From a virus (lineage: Duplodnaviria > Caudoviricetes): 31,753 bases of DNA. The stretch lies in the IMG/VR virus record IMGVR_UViG_3300009436_000068, positions 1-31,753 of that record; one strand, 5' to 3'. This document shows positions 8,411 through 18,016 of the stretch, piece after piece. Within the stretch, counting starts at the first letter, position 1. Each line of letters opens with the position of its first letter. The notes under the pieces were generated by a model. It searched no databases, was not told the DNA's origin, and saw only the letters and a list, made by a program, of their open reading frames with translations. A program made the position numbers and the translations under genes.

Positions 8411-9985
8411 ATGACTGAGGCAACTTCGGTAGCTAATCGCTATCAACAACTAGAAAGCAGTCGGAGTTCCTTTCTTTCCCGTGGACGAGAAGCGGCTAAG
8501 TTAACCATCCCGACACTACTCCCGCCTGACGGCCACAACGGTAGCACTGAGTACTACACTCCCTACCAAGGAGTAGGCGCACGAGGTGTTAATAACCTAG
8601 CATCTAAGCTATTACTATCACTCCTTCCACCTAACACACCTTTCTTCCGCTTAATGATTGATGACTTTGATCTTGAAAAGATTAATGCCAGTGACAATCG
8701 AGGCATGATAGAAGAAGCGTTATCCCGTATTGAACGGGCTACGATGGGAGAGATTGAAGCAGGTGCTGTAAGAGTTCCCGTGTTTGAAGCCTTAAAAAGT
8801 TTAATCGTTACAGGTAATGCACTTGTATATATGCCGAAGAAAGATGGCATGAAAGTATACCGGATGGATCGGTATGTTGTTACTCGTGACACTATGGGTA
8901 ACGTATTAGAAATTATCATTAAAGAAAGCGTAAGCCCTTTAATGCTATCCACGCAAATGAAACAAGAATTGGCTGACAAGATCGAAGATAGTGCGAAAAG
9001 CATCGACATGTACACCAAGGTTTGCCGCAAGGATAAGAAGTGGGAAATTTATCAAGAAGTGGCCGGTGTAATCGTGCCAGAAAGCGAAGGGACTTTTCCC
9101 TTAGATAAATCCCCCTTCATCCCTTTGCGTTTCATTCGTGTCGATGGTGAAGATTACGGACGAGGTTTCGTTGAAGAATACTTCGGTGATCTTAAAAGTT
9201 TAGAAGCATTGACCAAAGCAATCGTAGAAGGTTCTGCGGCATCAGCTAAAGTCCTGTTCATGGTACGCCCGAACAGTACTACTAAGGCACGAGTGTTAGC
9301 TGAGAGTCCTAACGGAGCGATTGTGTCAGGTGATGCGAATGATGTATCTACACTCCAAGTTCAAAAAGGCGGTGACTTTAGAGTCGCTATGGAGACAGCT
9401 TCAGTTATCACTGAACGTCTCTCGTATGCCTTCTTGCTCAACTCAGCCGCTACACGTAATGCGGAGCGAGTAACAGCAGAAGAAGTACGTTACATGGCTC
9501 AAGAATTAGAGTCAGCACTGGGTGGTGTCTACGCGATGCTATCTCAGGAGTTCCAACTCCCTCTCATTACCCTGCTCTTGCACCGTATGGAAGGAAGTGG
9601 TAAAATGCCCAAGATGCCGAAGGGGATGGTGAAGCCCACTATCGTTACTGGTATCGAAGCACTTGGAAGAGGACAAGACCTAAATAAACTGGCCATGTTC
9701 TTACAACACATTCAACCACTAGGGCCAGAAGTTATCGGCTCACAACTCAACGTAAACGATTACATTGCACGACTCGGCGCTTCCCTTGGCATTGACATGG
9801 GAGGTCTGATAAAATCTCAAGAGCAGTTACAGCAAGAAGCTGAAGCCGCACAAGCACAGCAACAAGAGATGATGGCACAACAGCAGATGGGTGACATGGC
9901 TACTAAGAGCGCACCACAGATGCTTCAAGGTGCTATAGATAATCCAGAGATGGTTCAAGCAATGGCAGAACAAATGCAAGAATAA
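8411..9985 (+). CDS. Portal / head-tail connector, T7 gp8-like
   Basis: GARGVNNLASKL, GEDYGRG, AERVTAEE, LGGVY, ALGRGQD; 524 aa. Confidence 0.96.
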   Translation: MTEATSVANRYQQLESSRSSFLSRGREAAKLTIPTLLPPDGHNGSTEYYTPYQGVGARGVNNLASKLLLSLLPPNTPFFRLMIDDFDLEKINASDNRGMIEEALSRIERATMGEIEAGAVRVPVFEALKSLIVTGNALVYMPKKDGMKVYRMDRYVVTRDTMGNVLEIIIKESVSPLMLSTQMKQELADKIEDSAKSIDMYTKVCRKDKKWEIYQEVAGVIVPESEGTFPLDKSPFIPLRFIRVDGEDYGRGFVEEYFGDLKSLEALTKAIVEGSAASAKVLFMVRPNSTTKARVLAESPNGAIVSGDANDVSTLQVQKGGDFRVAMETASVITERLSYAFLLNSAATRNAERVTAEEVRYMAQELESALGGVYAMLSQEFQLPLITLLLHRMEGSGKMPKMPKGMVKPTIVTGIEALGRGQDLNKLAMFLQHIQPLGPEVIGSQLNVNDYIARLGASLGIDMGGLIKSQEQLQQEAEAAQAQQQEMMAQQQMGDMATKSAPQMLQGAIDNPEMVQAMAEQMQE

Positions 9986-10003
9986 CTAGCTGTAGGAGGC
10001 TAT

Positions 10004-10792
10004 ATGAGTACAGAAGCTACAAACGCTTATGAAGAACAAACTGAAAGTCAAGACCACATCGACAAGATGTTGGCAAAAGCAGATGGCCTAGCGAACGCTG
10101 GGCAAGAGCGACCTGAATGGTTGCCAGAGAAGTTTAGCAGTGCCGAAGAGATGGCACTATCGTACCGTGAATTAGAACGGAAACTTTCTTCTGGTGACAC
10201 CCCTAATAATCCCGACAAGGATCAGGCCCAAGAGGGGGTTGAAGAACCCGCCCCCGTAAGTGAAGAAGTGTCGGAAGTGTCGGATTACTTAGAAGGACAG
10301 GGTGTTGATTTTGATTCAATGCAAAATACTTATGCAGAGACAGGAGAAATCACCGAAGAGAATTATGCTGACCTTGAGAAAGCAGGACTCCCCAAGAGCC
10401 TTGTTGATCAGTGGATAGCAGGTCAAGAAGCAGTAGCCAATGCGAGTGTAAACTCAATCATGGACACTGTGGGAGGCAGAGATGCATATAACGATATGAC
10501 ATCTTGGGCTTCAGATAACCTATCAGAGATGGAGATCGCTACGTTCAACAAGGCGATTGACTCTGGTGATAGAGACTTACAGATCATGGCGATAGAAGGT
10601 ATCCAAAACAAGTATCAGGCTGTAGAAGGACGACAACCTAACCTTATGCAAGGTCAGGCCGCACCTCAAACAGGCGGTGGTTTTGCATCAGTGGCTGAAC
10701 TCACTGCGGCAATGTCCGACCCTCGATACAGTAAAGATACTGCATACCGCCAAGACGTTGCTTCTCGCCTAGCGAAGAGTAACATCTTATAG
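10004..10792 (+). CDS. Capsid scaffolding protein, T7 gp9-like
   Basis: Acidic protein with WLPEKF, VGG...Y..M..WA and AMSDPRY..D.AYR. Between portal and capsid. Confidence 0.92.
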   Translation: MSTEATNAYEEQTESQDHIDKMLAKADGLANAGQERPEWLPEKFSSAEEMALSYRELERKLSSGDTPNNPDKDQAQEGVEEPAPVSEEVSEVSDYLEGQGVDFDSMQNTYAETGEITEENYADLEKAGLPKSLVDQWIAGQEAVANASVNSIMDTVGGRDAYNDMTSWASDNLSEMEIATFNKAIDSGDRDLQIMAIEGIQNKYQAVEGRQPNLMQGQAAPQTGGGFASVAELTAAMSDPRYSKDTAYRQDVASRLAKSNIL

Positions 10793-10805
10793 TCTCCTAA
10801 CCTTC

Positions 10806-10829
10806 AGCCCTCCTCGTGAGGGCTTTTTT
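10806..10829 (+). terminator. Intrinsic terminator between scaffold and capsid genes
   Basis: AGCCCTC-CTCGT-GAGGGCT followed by TTTTT. Confidence 0.75.
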
Positions 10830-10971
10830 ATAACTATCGAAAAGTACGACTACTAACTAATTACCTTTTACCCTCTACGGAGGACAATTTGAGAGAACGG
10901 GAACGTGGTTAACGCTGATTAGAGAGTAACAACTTTAATTAACTTAACTATATAACCAAAGGTAAAATACA

Positions 10972-11988
10972 ATGGCATTTCCATTAGATCAAACTGTCTC
11001 ACGTTTGGGACAACAAAACGCAACAGGTGACGCACGAGCGTTATTCCTGAAGCTATATGCTGGTGAAGTACTGACCGCTTTTGAAGAGAAAAACATCTTC
11101 ATGGGTCTGCACCGCACCCGTACAATCAGCAACGGTAAGAGCGCACAGTTCCCCCTAACAGGTACTGCGACTGCTGGCTACCACACTGCTGGTCAACTTA
11201 TTGAAGGCACTAACATCAAGGCTGGAGAGCGTACTGTAACTGTAGATGACCTACTGTTGTCTGCTCAGTTCATCTCTAATGTTGATGAAGCAATGAACCA
11301 CTACGATGTTCGTTCTATCTACTCCAAGGAAGCTGGTAACGCACTAGCTAACACTTGTGACAAGAACGTAGCACGAGTAATTGCTAAAGCTGCTGGTATC
11401 AACAACGCTTCCGAAGCTGCTACAGCTTTCGGTGCATCTTTCGATGATGAAGTCTACACTGACAATGTTACCATTGGCGCTGCCGCTGGCGATGCTGTTG
11501 TAGGCGGTAAGATTGCAACTGCTATCTACGCTGCTCTTGAAGAGTTCGATAAGAAAGATGTAACTGGTGAGAAGGTATGTGTACTTCCACCTCAACAGTA
11601 CTACGCTCTCTTTGGTGCAGATTCAAGTGTTAACAATCTCGCATACATGAACAGAGACGTTGGCGGTTCTGGTAGCCTTTCTACAGGCGCTGCGCCAATG
11701 ATCGGTGGTGTTAAGATTCTGATGTCTAACCACATCCCTACCACTGACGAGTCAGGTACTGCTAACCCACCTTCAGGCACTACCAACACTGGTGCTTACA
11801 ACGCTGACTACTCAGCACTCCGTGGTCTAATCTTCACTCAAGATGCTGCTGCAACTGTTAAGTTGCTTGATCTTGGTGTTGAGTCTGAATATCAGATCGA
11901 CCGTCAAGGTACTCTGATGGTTTCTAAGTACGCAATGGGACACAATGTACTACGTCCTGCTTGTGCTATTCAGTTACTGTCTGCATAA
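10972..11988 (+). CDS. Major capsid protein, T7 gp10-like
   Basis: ALFLKLYAGEVLTAF, RTISNGKSAQFP, HYDVRS.YS...G.ALA, YAMGH..LRP. Confidence 0.96.
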   Translation: MAFPLDQTVSRLGQQNATGDARALFLKLYAGEVLTAFEEKNIFMGLHRTRTISNGKSAQFPLTGTATAGYHTAGQLIEGTNIKAGERTVTVDDLLLSAQFISNVDEAMNHYDVRSIYSKEAGNALANTCDKNVARVIAKAAGINNASEAATAFGASFDDEVYTDNVTIGAAAGDAVVGGKIATAIYAALEEFDKKDVTGEKVCVLPPQQYYALFGADSSVNNLAYMNRDVGGSGSLSTGAAPMIGGVKILMSNHIPTTDESGTANPPSGTTNTGAYNADYSALRGLIFTQDAAATVKLLDLGVESEYQIDRQGTLMVSKYAMGHNVLRPACAIQLLSA

Positions 11989-11996
11989 CCACTCTA

Positions 11997-12025
11997 GGGG
12001 GGAACTTCGGTTCCCTCCTTTTTTT
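11997..12025 (+). terminator. Terminator after capsid gene (Tphi equivalent)
   Basis: GGGGGGAAC-TTCG-GTTCCCTCC followed by TTTTTTT. Confidence 0.9.
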
Positions 12026-12039
12026 CATTTGGAGATAAC

Positions 12040-12621
12040 ATGACCCCTTTAACCGAACTAGAAGCTGTTAACATTATGCTATCAGCAATAGGCGAAACGC
12101 CTGTTAACTCGCTTACATCAGGCTTAGTGGAAGCTGAACTAGCGGAAACCATCCTTGGACAAGTAAGCAGAACAGTGCAGACAATGGGGTGGAGTTTTAA
12201 TAAAGACACAGGAGTAATCCTGTCAGCAGATACTAACGGTGAGATAAACTTACCTAATAACGTATTAAGTGCAGACAGCCTTTACGAAAGTAACGGCACT
12301 AACCTCGTACAACGAGGCACAAAGATGTGGGATCGAAAGAACATGACGTTTACTCTGAACAAGTCAGTAAAAGCCGACCTTGTTTATGAACTTATCTTTA
12401 CTGATGTTCCTCCCCTTGCTAGGGCCTACATAACTGTAAGAGCCGCTAGGATATTCCAAGATCGTGTTGTAGGCGCAGACAGCCTCCACGGTTTTCAAAA
12501 ACGTGATGAAGATGAAGCACTAATTGCACTAAAGCAAACTGAAAGCGAAACCCAAGATCACAACTTATTTAACAATTACGATGTCTTTAGAGTTATAGAC
12601 AGAGGTATTAACGGAGCGTAA
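12040..12621 (+). CDS. Tail tubular protein A, T7 gp11-like
   Basis: TELEAVNIMLSAIGETPV, GWSFN, YITVRAARIFQ. Confidence 0.93.
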   Translation: MTPLTELEAVNIMLSAIGETPVNSLTSGLVEAELAETILGQVSRTVQTMGWSFNKDTGVILSADTNGEINLPNNVLSADSLYESNGTNLVQRGTKMWDRKNMTFTLNKSVKADLVYELIFTDVPPLARAYITVRAARIFQDRVVGADSLHGFQKRDEDEALIALKQTESETQDHNLFNNYDVFRVIDRGINGA

Positions 12622-12623
12622 CA

Positions 12624-14960
12624 ATGGCTATTGAATTACTCAGCAGTTCCATACCAAACCTGATAAACGGAGTGAGTCAACAGCCTCCAGCATTACGTCT
12701 ACCGTCACAGGCAGAAACTCAAGTTAACGGACTGTCGAGTGTAGTAAACGGTTTATCTAAACGCCCCAACACACAGTTTATCAAAAAACTAGGCAATGCA
12801 AATGAATTAGCCAACTGCTTTATTCATACCATGCAGCGGGATAATGACGAGTTTTATATTTTAGTTATATCAACTAGCGCAATTAGAGTCTTTGATAAGG
12901 ATGGTGTTGAACGCTCAGTCACTGGCAGTGCTAGTTACTTATCTGGGTTGATTTCGCCCTCTTCTGAGTTAGCCGCTACTACAGTCAATGACTTTACTTA
13001 CATTGTAAACAAGTCAACAACTACTGCCACTACCTCGGCTCTAAGTCCTACTCGTAATCCAGAAGCCTTGGCGTATATTAAGAAAGGTGCCTACGCAACT
13101 ACGTACACTGTAAAAGTTACAAAAAACGGTATTACTTCCACCTCTTATTATACCACCATGAACTCCACACAGAGTTCAGATGCGTTAGTACAAAATGCAG
13201 AAAATACTATCAAGACGAGCAACATCACAATTCAGTTACAGACGTTCCCTTCACCACCTTCCAATATGAACATATCTAGGATTGGTGCTAATATTTTACA
13301 CTTTGAATCCACTGATGGTGTTGACTTTGATTTTAGTGTTGAAGATTCCCAAGGCGATACGTTATTGCTAGGTTTCAAAGATACGGTAGCTGATTTTAAA
13401 ACACTCCCTCCTGAAGGCCCTACAGGATATAAGATTGCAGTAGTTGGTGATAACACTAAAGGCCAAGATGACTACTATGTCGAGTTACGCCAGCCAGAAA
13501 GTAACGGCACACAAGTGTGGAAGGAAACACTTAAAGATAATATTTTATTTGAAATAAACCCCACGAGTATGCCTCATACTCTAGTCAGTAACGCAGACGG
13601 TACATTTACATTTGCGGCTGCATCTTGGGTAGATAGAAAAGTAGGAGATGATGATACTAACCCAGTACCTAGTTTTATAGGTAACAAGTTAAATGATATT
13701 TTCTTTTACAAGAACAGACTAGGCGTGTTGTCAGGCGAAAGCGTTATAATGAGTTCCAATGGAGAGTTTTATAATTTCTTTGCTAAGACTGTGTTAACAA
13801 CCTTAGATGCGGCCCCTATTGATGTAGCGGTAACTAACAATCAAGTATCGGTACTTAAACACGCTGTACCTTTTGATTCATCTCTCTTACTGTTCTCGGA
13901 TTTAAACCAATTTAAACTAGAAGGTGATGGGATACTTACTAACGAAACTATATCCATCAACGTCACCACTTCATTTGAGGCTGACTTATCTGCTAAACCT
14001 GTAAGTGCGGGTAAGAATGTTTACTTCGCTACTAGCCGTAACAGTTTTGCAGGTATAAGAGAATACTTTGTAGATTCTGATGTTGACACTAACGATGCAG
14101 CAGATATTACAGCCCACGTACCTACTTACCTTGAAGGTAGTATTAGTGATCTAGCTGCTTCCTCTAATGAGGACATGTTGTTAGCCCAAGGAAGTGAGAC
14201 TAATACCATTAATGTTTATGCGTATTACTGGCAAGGCCGTGAGAAGCTACAAGCTGCGTGGTCAAAGTGGACATTTACTGGAACAGTACGTAACTTTCTT
14301 TTTAATAAGAGTGATATTTACATTATTACAGACGATAGCCAAGCAGGTACGGTTTTAGAGAGGATTAGTCTAAATAGACAACCCAGCGCCACGAACTCTG
14401 TAACCAACGCTACAAGACCTTTTATACCTTTAATTGATCGCTCACATAAAATTGTGGCTAGTGATTACGTAGGTGGACTATTTACACCTCCCTATTACAA
14501 CAGTGATTCAGTAATTGTAGGTGATAATGGCTCTTTCTATGCAAACGTGGCTACCTACAATGCTAATGTTCCAGCAACAGGTACGTATTACTACGGAGTT
14601 CCTTACCAGTTCCTTTACAGGTTTTCGCCTATTGTTATGAAACTAGCTGATCAACCAGTGACTGATGGCCGTTTACAATTACGTAATATGACAGTTACTT
14701 TTAATGATGTAGGTACATTTGAAACAGTTGTTACTCACGAGGCTCGTACCTCTAGATTGACAACCTTTAATGCCAACACATTAAATAGTGTTAACTCTGC
14801 AATCAACCAAGTCTCTATAGGCTCTGGTAATTATAGATTCAGTGTCTTAGGTGAAACCTCTAGCATAGGTGTAACTTTAATTAACAACTCTTACACTCCA
14901 TGCACATTTCAATCAGCAGAGTGGGAAGGTATTTTCAACACTCGTAATCGGAGAATTTAA
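12624..14960 (+). CDS. Tail tubular protein B (nozzle), T7 gp12-like
   Basis: NLINGVSQQP, GLSKRP, PSFIG, FYKNRL, DITAHVP.Y, AWSKW, AEWEG; 778 aa. Confidence 0.93.
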   Translation: MAIELLSSSIPNLINGVSQQPPALRLPSQAETQVNGLSSVVNGLSKRPNTQFIKKLGNANELANCFIHTMQRDNDEFYILVISTSAIRVFDKDGVERSVTGSASYLSGLISPSSELAATTVNDFTYIVNKSTTTATTSALSPTRNPEALAYIKKGAYATTYTVKVTKNGITSTSYYTTMNSTQSSDALVQNAENTIKTSNITIQLQTFPSPPSNMNISRIGANILHFESTDGVDFDFSVEDSQGDTLLLGFKDTVADFKTLPPEGPTGYKIAVVGDNTKGQDDYYVELRQPESNGTQVWKETLKDNILFEINPTSMPHTLVSNADGTFTFAAASWVDRKVGDDDTNPVPSFIGNKLNDIFFYKNRLGVLSGESVIMSSNGEFYNFFAKTVLTTLDAAPIDVAVTNNQVSVLKHAVPFDSSLLLFSDLNQFKLEGDGILTNETISINVTTSFEADLSAKPVSAGKNVYFATSRNSFAGIREYFVDSDVDTNDAADITAHVPTYLEGSISDLAASSNEDMLLAQGSETNTINVYAYYWQGREKLQAAWSKWTFTGTVRNFLFNKSDIYIITDDSQAGTVLERISLNRQPSATNSVTNATRPFIPLIDRSHKIVASDYVGGLFTPPYYNSDSVIVGDNGSFYANVATYNANVPATGTYYYGVPYQFLYRFSPIVMKLADQPVTDGRLQLRNMTVTFNDVGTFETVVTHEARTSRLTTFNANTLNSVNSAINQVSIGSGNYRFSVLGETSSIGVTLINNSYTPCTFQSAEWEGIFNTRNRRI

Positions 14961-15412
14961 TGCAACCATACTACCGACCCACCCAACCGGAAGACTTAGA
15001 ACTGTTAGCACCTAACATGAGAGTATGTGATGTTAACGAGGTAAAAGCGTCCAGTGGTGTTACCCCCTTAGAAGCCCTCCAAGTCTGCGCTACAAGCGAA
15101 GAATGTAACTCTATCGTACACGAGAACCGTATCATAGGGATGTTTGGATGTGCCAATTTAGGTAACGATGTTGGCAGTCCGTGGTTACTAGGCACTGATG
15201 AAATACCAGACATCAAAGAACACTTCCTCCCTCAATCAAAAGAATGGGTTGAGAGGATGCAAGATCAATACAAGGTTCTCATTAACTACATTGACGCTCG
15301 TAACTCTTACGCTTTTAAGTGGCTCAAGTTCTTAGGATTTGAGTTTACGAAAGACGTACCTGATTACGGTTATGAGAAGAGACCATTTATAGAATTTATG
15401 AGGACAAGATAA
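14960..15412 (+). CDS. Internal virion protein A, T7 gp13-like (GNAT-like fold)
   Basis: MR..D..EV.A, PWLLGT, NYIDARN....KWLKFLGFEF. Position after gp12. Confidence 0.8.
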   Translation: MQPYYRPTQPEDLELLAPNMRVCDVNEVKASSGVTPLEALQVCATSEECNSIVHENRIIGMFGCANLGNDVGSPWLLGTDEIPDIKEHFLPQSKEWVERMQDQYKVLINYIDARNSYAFKWLKFLGFEFTKDVPDYGYEKRPFIEFMRTR

Positions 15413-15996
15413 TGTGTGATCCAGTAACAATGGCTACATTAGCAGTAGTAAGTGGCATTGGCGAATACCAAGCCGCAAGCGAAGCTACAAAAGCGCACAA
15501 CAGAAACGCTGATGTTAACAATAAACTGGCGGCTGATGCCCGTGATTTAAAAATTAGACAACTTGATTTAAGAACCCAACAAGAATTATCTAACTCCCAG
15601 CAAGAAAAGTTAGACGCTCAGTTAGAAATGCTACGTACTACCTCTAAGGCTCAAGTAGCAGGATCAGCAGCAGGGGTGAGTGGTAATAGTCTTAGCACCA
15701 TCACTAATGAATTTATGCGAAGAGGCTTAATGGCTAATACTGCATCCAGTACTGACCAAGACAATGTATTTGCATCTTCACAGGTGCAGGCACAGGGCTT
15801 CCAAGCGGAAGCGTTAGGCCGTTTAAGACAGAAGAAGGCTAAACCAAGCGCACTGCTCCATGCAATTAAAACAGGTGTTTCTGCTATGACAGCCTACAAC
15901 GCATTTGCGGCCCCCGCAGCAACAACAGCAGGGTCTACAGCAACAGGTGTGGCTCAAGCCCCCGTAGATTTATCGTCAGTAGCGAGAATAGGATAA
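15412..15996 (+). CDS. Internal virion protein B, T7 gp14-like
   Basis: MCDP start, Ala/Gln-rich helical sequence, AGVSGNS motif; 194 aa. Confidence 0.78.
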   Translation: MCDPVTMATLAVVSGIGEYQAASEATKAHNRNADVNNKLAADARDLKIRQLDLRTQQELSNSQQEKLDAQLEMLRTTSKAQVAGSAAGVSGNSLSTITNEFMRRGLMANTASSTDQDNVFASSQVQAQGFQAEALGRLRQKKAKPSALLHAIKTGVSAMTAYNAFAAPAATTAGSTATGVAQAPVDLSSVARIG

Positions 15997-16001
15997 CTAA
16001 C

Positions 16002-17999
16002 ATGGCTAAAAGAATACAAGTACAAGGCCCTAACGTCAGGAGCCAACAGTTAAACGTAAACGCTCCAATAGTAGATACTTACTACAGGACAGAAGCGGCT
16101 GAAAACAAATATGCTGAGTTATCTAACTTCCTAAGTAAAGTAGTCCCTCAAGTAACAAAACTTGCCGTTGATAAACAGACTAAGCAGATTAAACAGGACA
16201 TCGACCTGATAGGTGAAATGTCTTATTCCCAAAAAGATTGGGGAGTGTTTGAAGAGTTTATTAAAGAAAAAGGTATTACCAACACCCACGCTACTTATAC
16301 AGCATACAACGCACGTAAGGGTATGGAAGATGGTAAACTGGCGAAGATAGGTTTAGATAAATACTACCAAGAGAATTCAGCAAGGTGGATGTCGCAACCC
16401 GATAGCACCTTAATGAAAACGGATGTGAACAACTGGTTACAGGAAAACTTCCCACAAGGGAGAGAAGCTGAGACTGGTTACTTAACTGAGTACACCAAAA
16501 TAGTCCAAAACCACAACAACCACTTGGATCAAAACCACACCCAAGCCCACAGAACTTTAATTCAGAAAGATGAAGAAAATGGTTTAGTAGAAAACATTGC
16601 TAACCTATTTACCGAAGGTGTGGACGGCCAAGATATTACAGACACTACAAAGTTCTTCGTAGACACAGGAGTCATTTCTGACGGTGCTTACGGACGTAAA
16701 CTTATTGAGAAGGCTGTTATACGTGCTATTCAAGAAGATAGTGCTGCCAATGGTGGAATGAACATTGAAAAGATAGCTGACAAGTGGTCAAACTTAACTA
16801 CGGCTACAGGGGCTAAACTAAGTGCTGTAAAAGGCTCTAATGAAATAGTCCAATCAGCTATTAACACTGCACTGGCAAAAATTGATCAAGATGCAAATCG
16901 TGAGGAGCGTGCGGATGATCGCCTAAAGAGAGAACAAGGTGAAGAAATTACTAACCTTATATTCGAAGGGCTAGAAGTAGACTCTGACAAATACCCAAAC
17001 CTCACTGCATTTGAATTTAATACTTTTGTTACGAAAGGTGAGACTAGTAGAAATAGTAGAAGAGTCGCAAACGAAACTACTCCTGAAGTATACCAGTCTT
17101 ATGAAACTATGTTTGCTGATGTCCAAGGTGGTATGGGAGGTATGGAAGCATTACGTGATCAACTCCTAGATGAAAATCAAACGGTAGCGGGTGATAACTT
17201 GGTTAAAGCTGCATTCCTAAATGCAACCCTAAGTACTAAAGATCAAGTCCTTACTGATATTAAAGATAATATTACTGCAAAGTATAAACTTAAACTAGGT
17301 GCAGGTGGAGGATCGGGAATTGGTAACACATGGTTGCCTACGATACCTGAAGATGCAATCGCAATGAAGGCTGAACAGCAGAGAGCAGAACGGGCTTGGT
17401 TGACTTACAAAGCTGAAAAGAAGGCGAGTAGGTTTTATAGCGATGAAGGTATGACAGTTAAAAAGTCCCCTGAGCAAATTGCAGCAGATGATGCCGCTTG
17501 GTTTGCAGACCCAGATACACGGGCAAGGTTTGAACTTGATGCAGAGGTTCCTTCATTACAAACTGTAACACTTAGTGGTGTAAATAATGGTGACGGTACA
17601 AGAAATCGCATGGTAAATGGTATCGAGGTAATAGAAATTAATGATTCTGAAGTACCCTTTGATAAAAGCATGGTTGATACATCTACCAAAGGTGGACGAC
17701 TGATTAATGAAAGTATCTTTGCTAGTAAGACCGGATCAAATGCAAAAATAACTGATAAAATATCCGCTTCGTTAGATGATTACGGAACTAAACTTATTGG
17801 TACGATAGGCGAGTTAAGTGAAGAACTAGCCGACCTTCCAGAAGATGATGGTATGGGAGGTAATTCAATGGGTTCTCGTAACTTTAAGTTTAAACAATTA
17901 ACTAAGCAACTAGAGCAATATCAAGAAGAATATGATGTGTTAAACAAATACCTAGCAAGTATGGATGAAGATCAAGAATCTCAAACAGCTAACAATTAA
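16002..17999 (+). CDS. Internal virion protein C, T7 gp15 position
   Basis: 665-aa helical-looking protein between gp14-like and gp16-like genes. Assigned by synteny only. Confidence 0.65.
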   Translation: MAKRIQVQGPNVRSQQLNVNAPIVDTYYRTEAAENKYAELSNFLSKVVPQVTKLAVDKQTKQIKQDIDLIGEMSYSQKDWGVFEEFIKEKGITNTHATYTAYNARKGMEDGKLAKIGLDKYYQENSARWMSQPDSTLMKTDVNNWLQENFPQGREAETGYLTEYTKIVQNHNNHLDQNHTQAHRTLIQKDEENGLVENIANLFTEGVDGQDITDTTKFFVDTGVISDGAYGRKLIEKAVIRAIQEDSAANGGMNIEKIADKWSNLTTATGAKLSAVKGSNEIVQSAINTALAKIDQDANREERADDRLKREQGEEITNLIFEGLEVDSDKYPNLTAFEFNTFVTKGETSRNSRRVANETTPEVYQSYETMFADVQGGMGGMEALRDQLLDENQTVAGDNLVKAAFLNATLSTKDQVLTDIKDNITAKYKLKLGAGGGSGIGNTWLPTIPEDAIAMKAEQQRAERAWLTYKAEKKASRFYSDEGMTVKKSPEQIAADDAAWFADPDTRARFELDAEVPSLQTVTLSGVNNGDGTRNRMVNGIEVIEINDSEVPFDKSMVDTSTKGGRLINESIFASKTGSNAKITDKISASLDDYGTKLIGTIGELSEELADLPEDDGMGGNSMGSRNFKFKQLTKQLEQYQEEYDVLNKYLASMDEDQESQTANN

Positions 18000-18016
18000 A
18001 TTAGGAAGAAGTATAT

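Noticed and set aside
11950-11996. T7 gp10A/10B-style capsid frameshift
   Set aside because: No slippery sequence seen near the stop, and a terminator follows at once, leaving no room for an extension.
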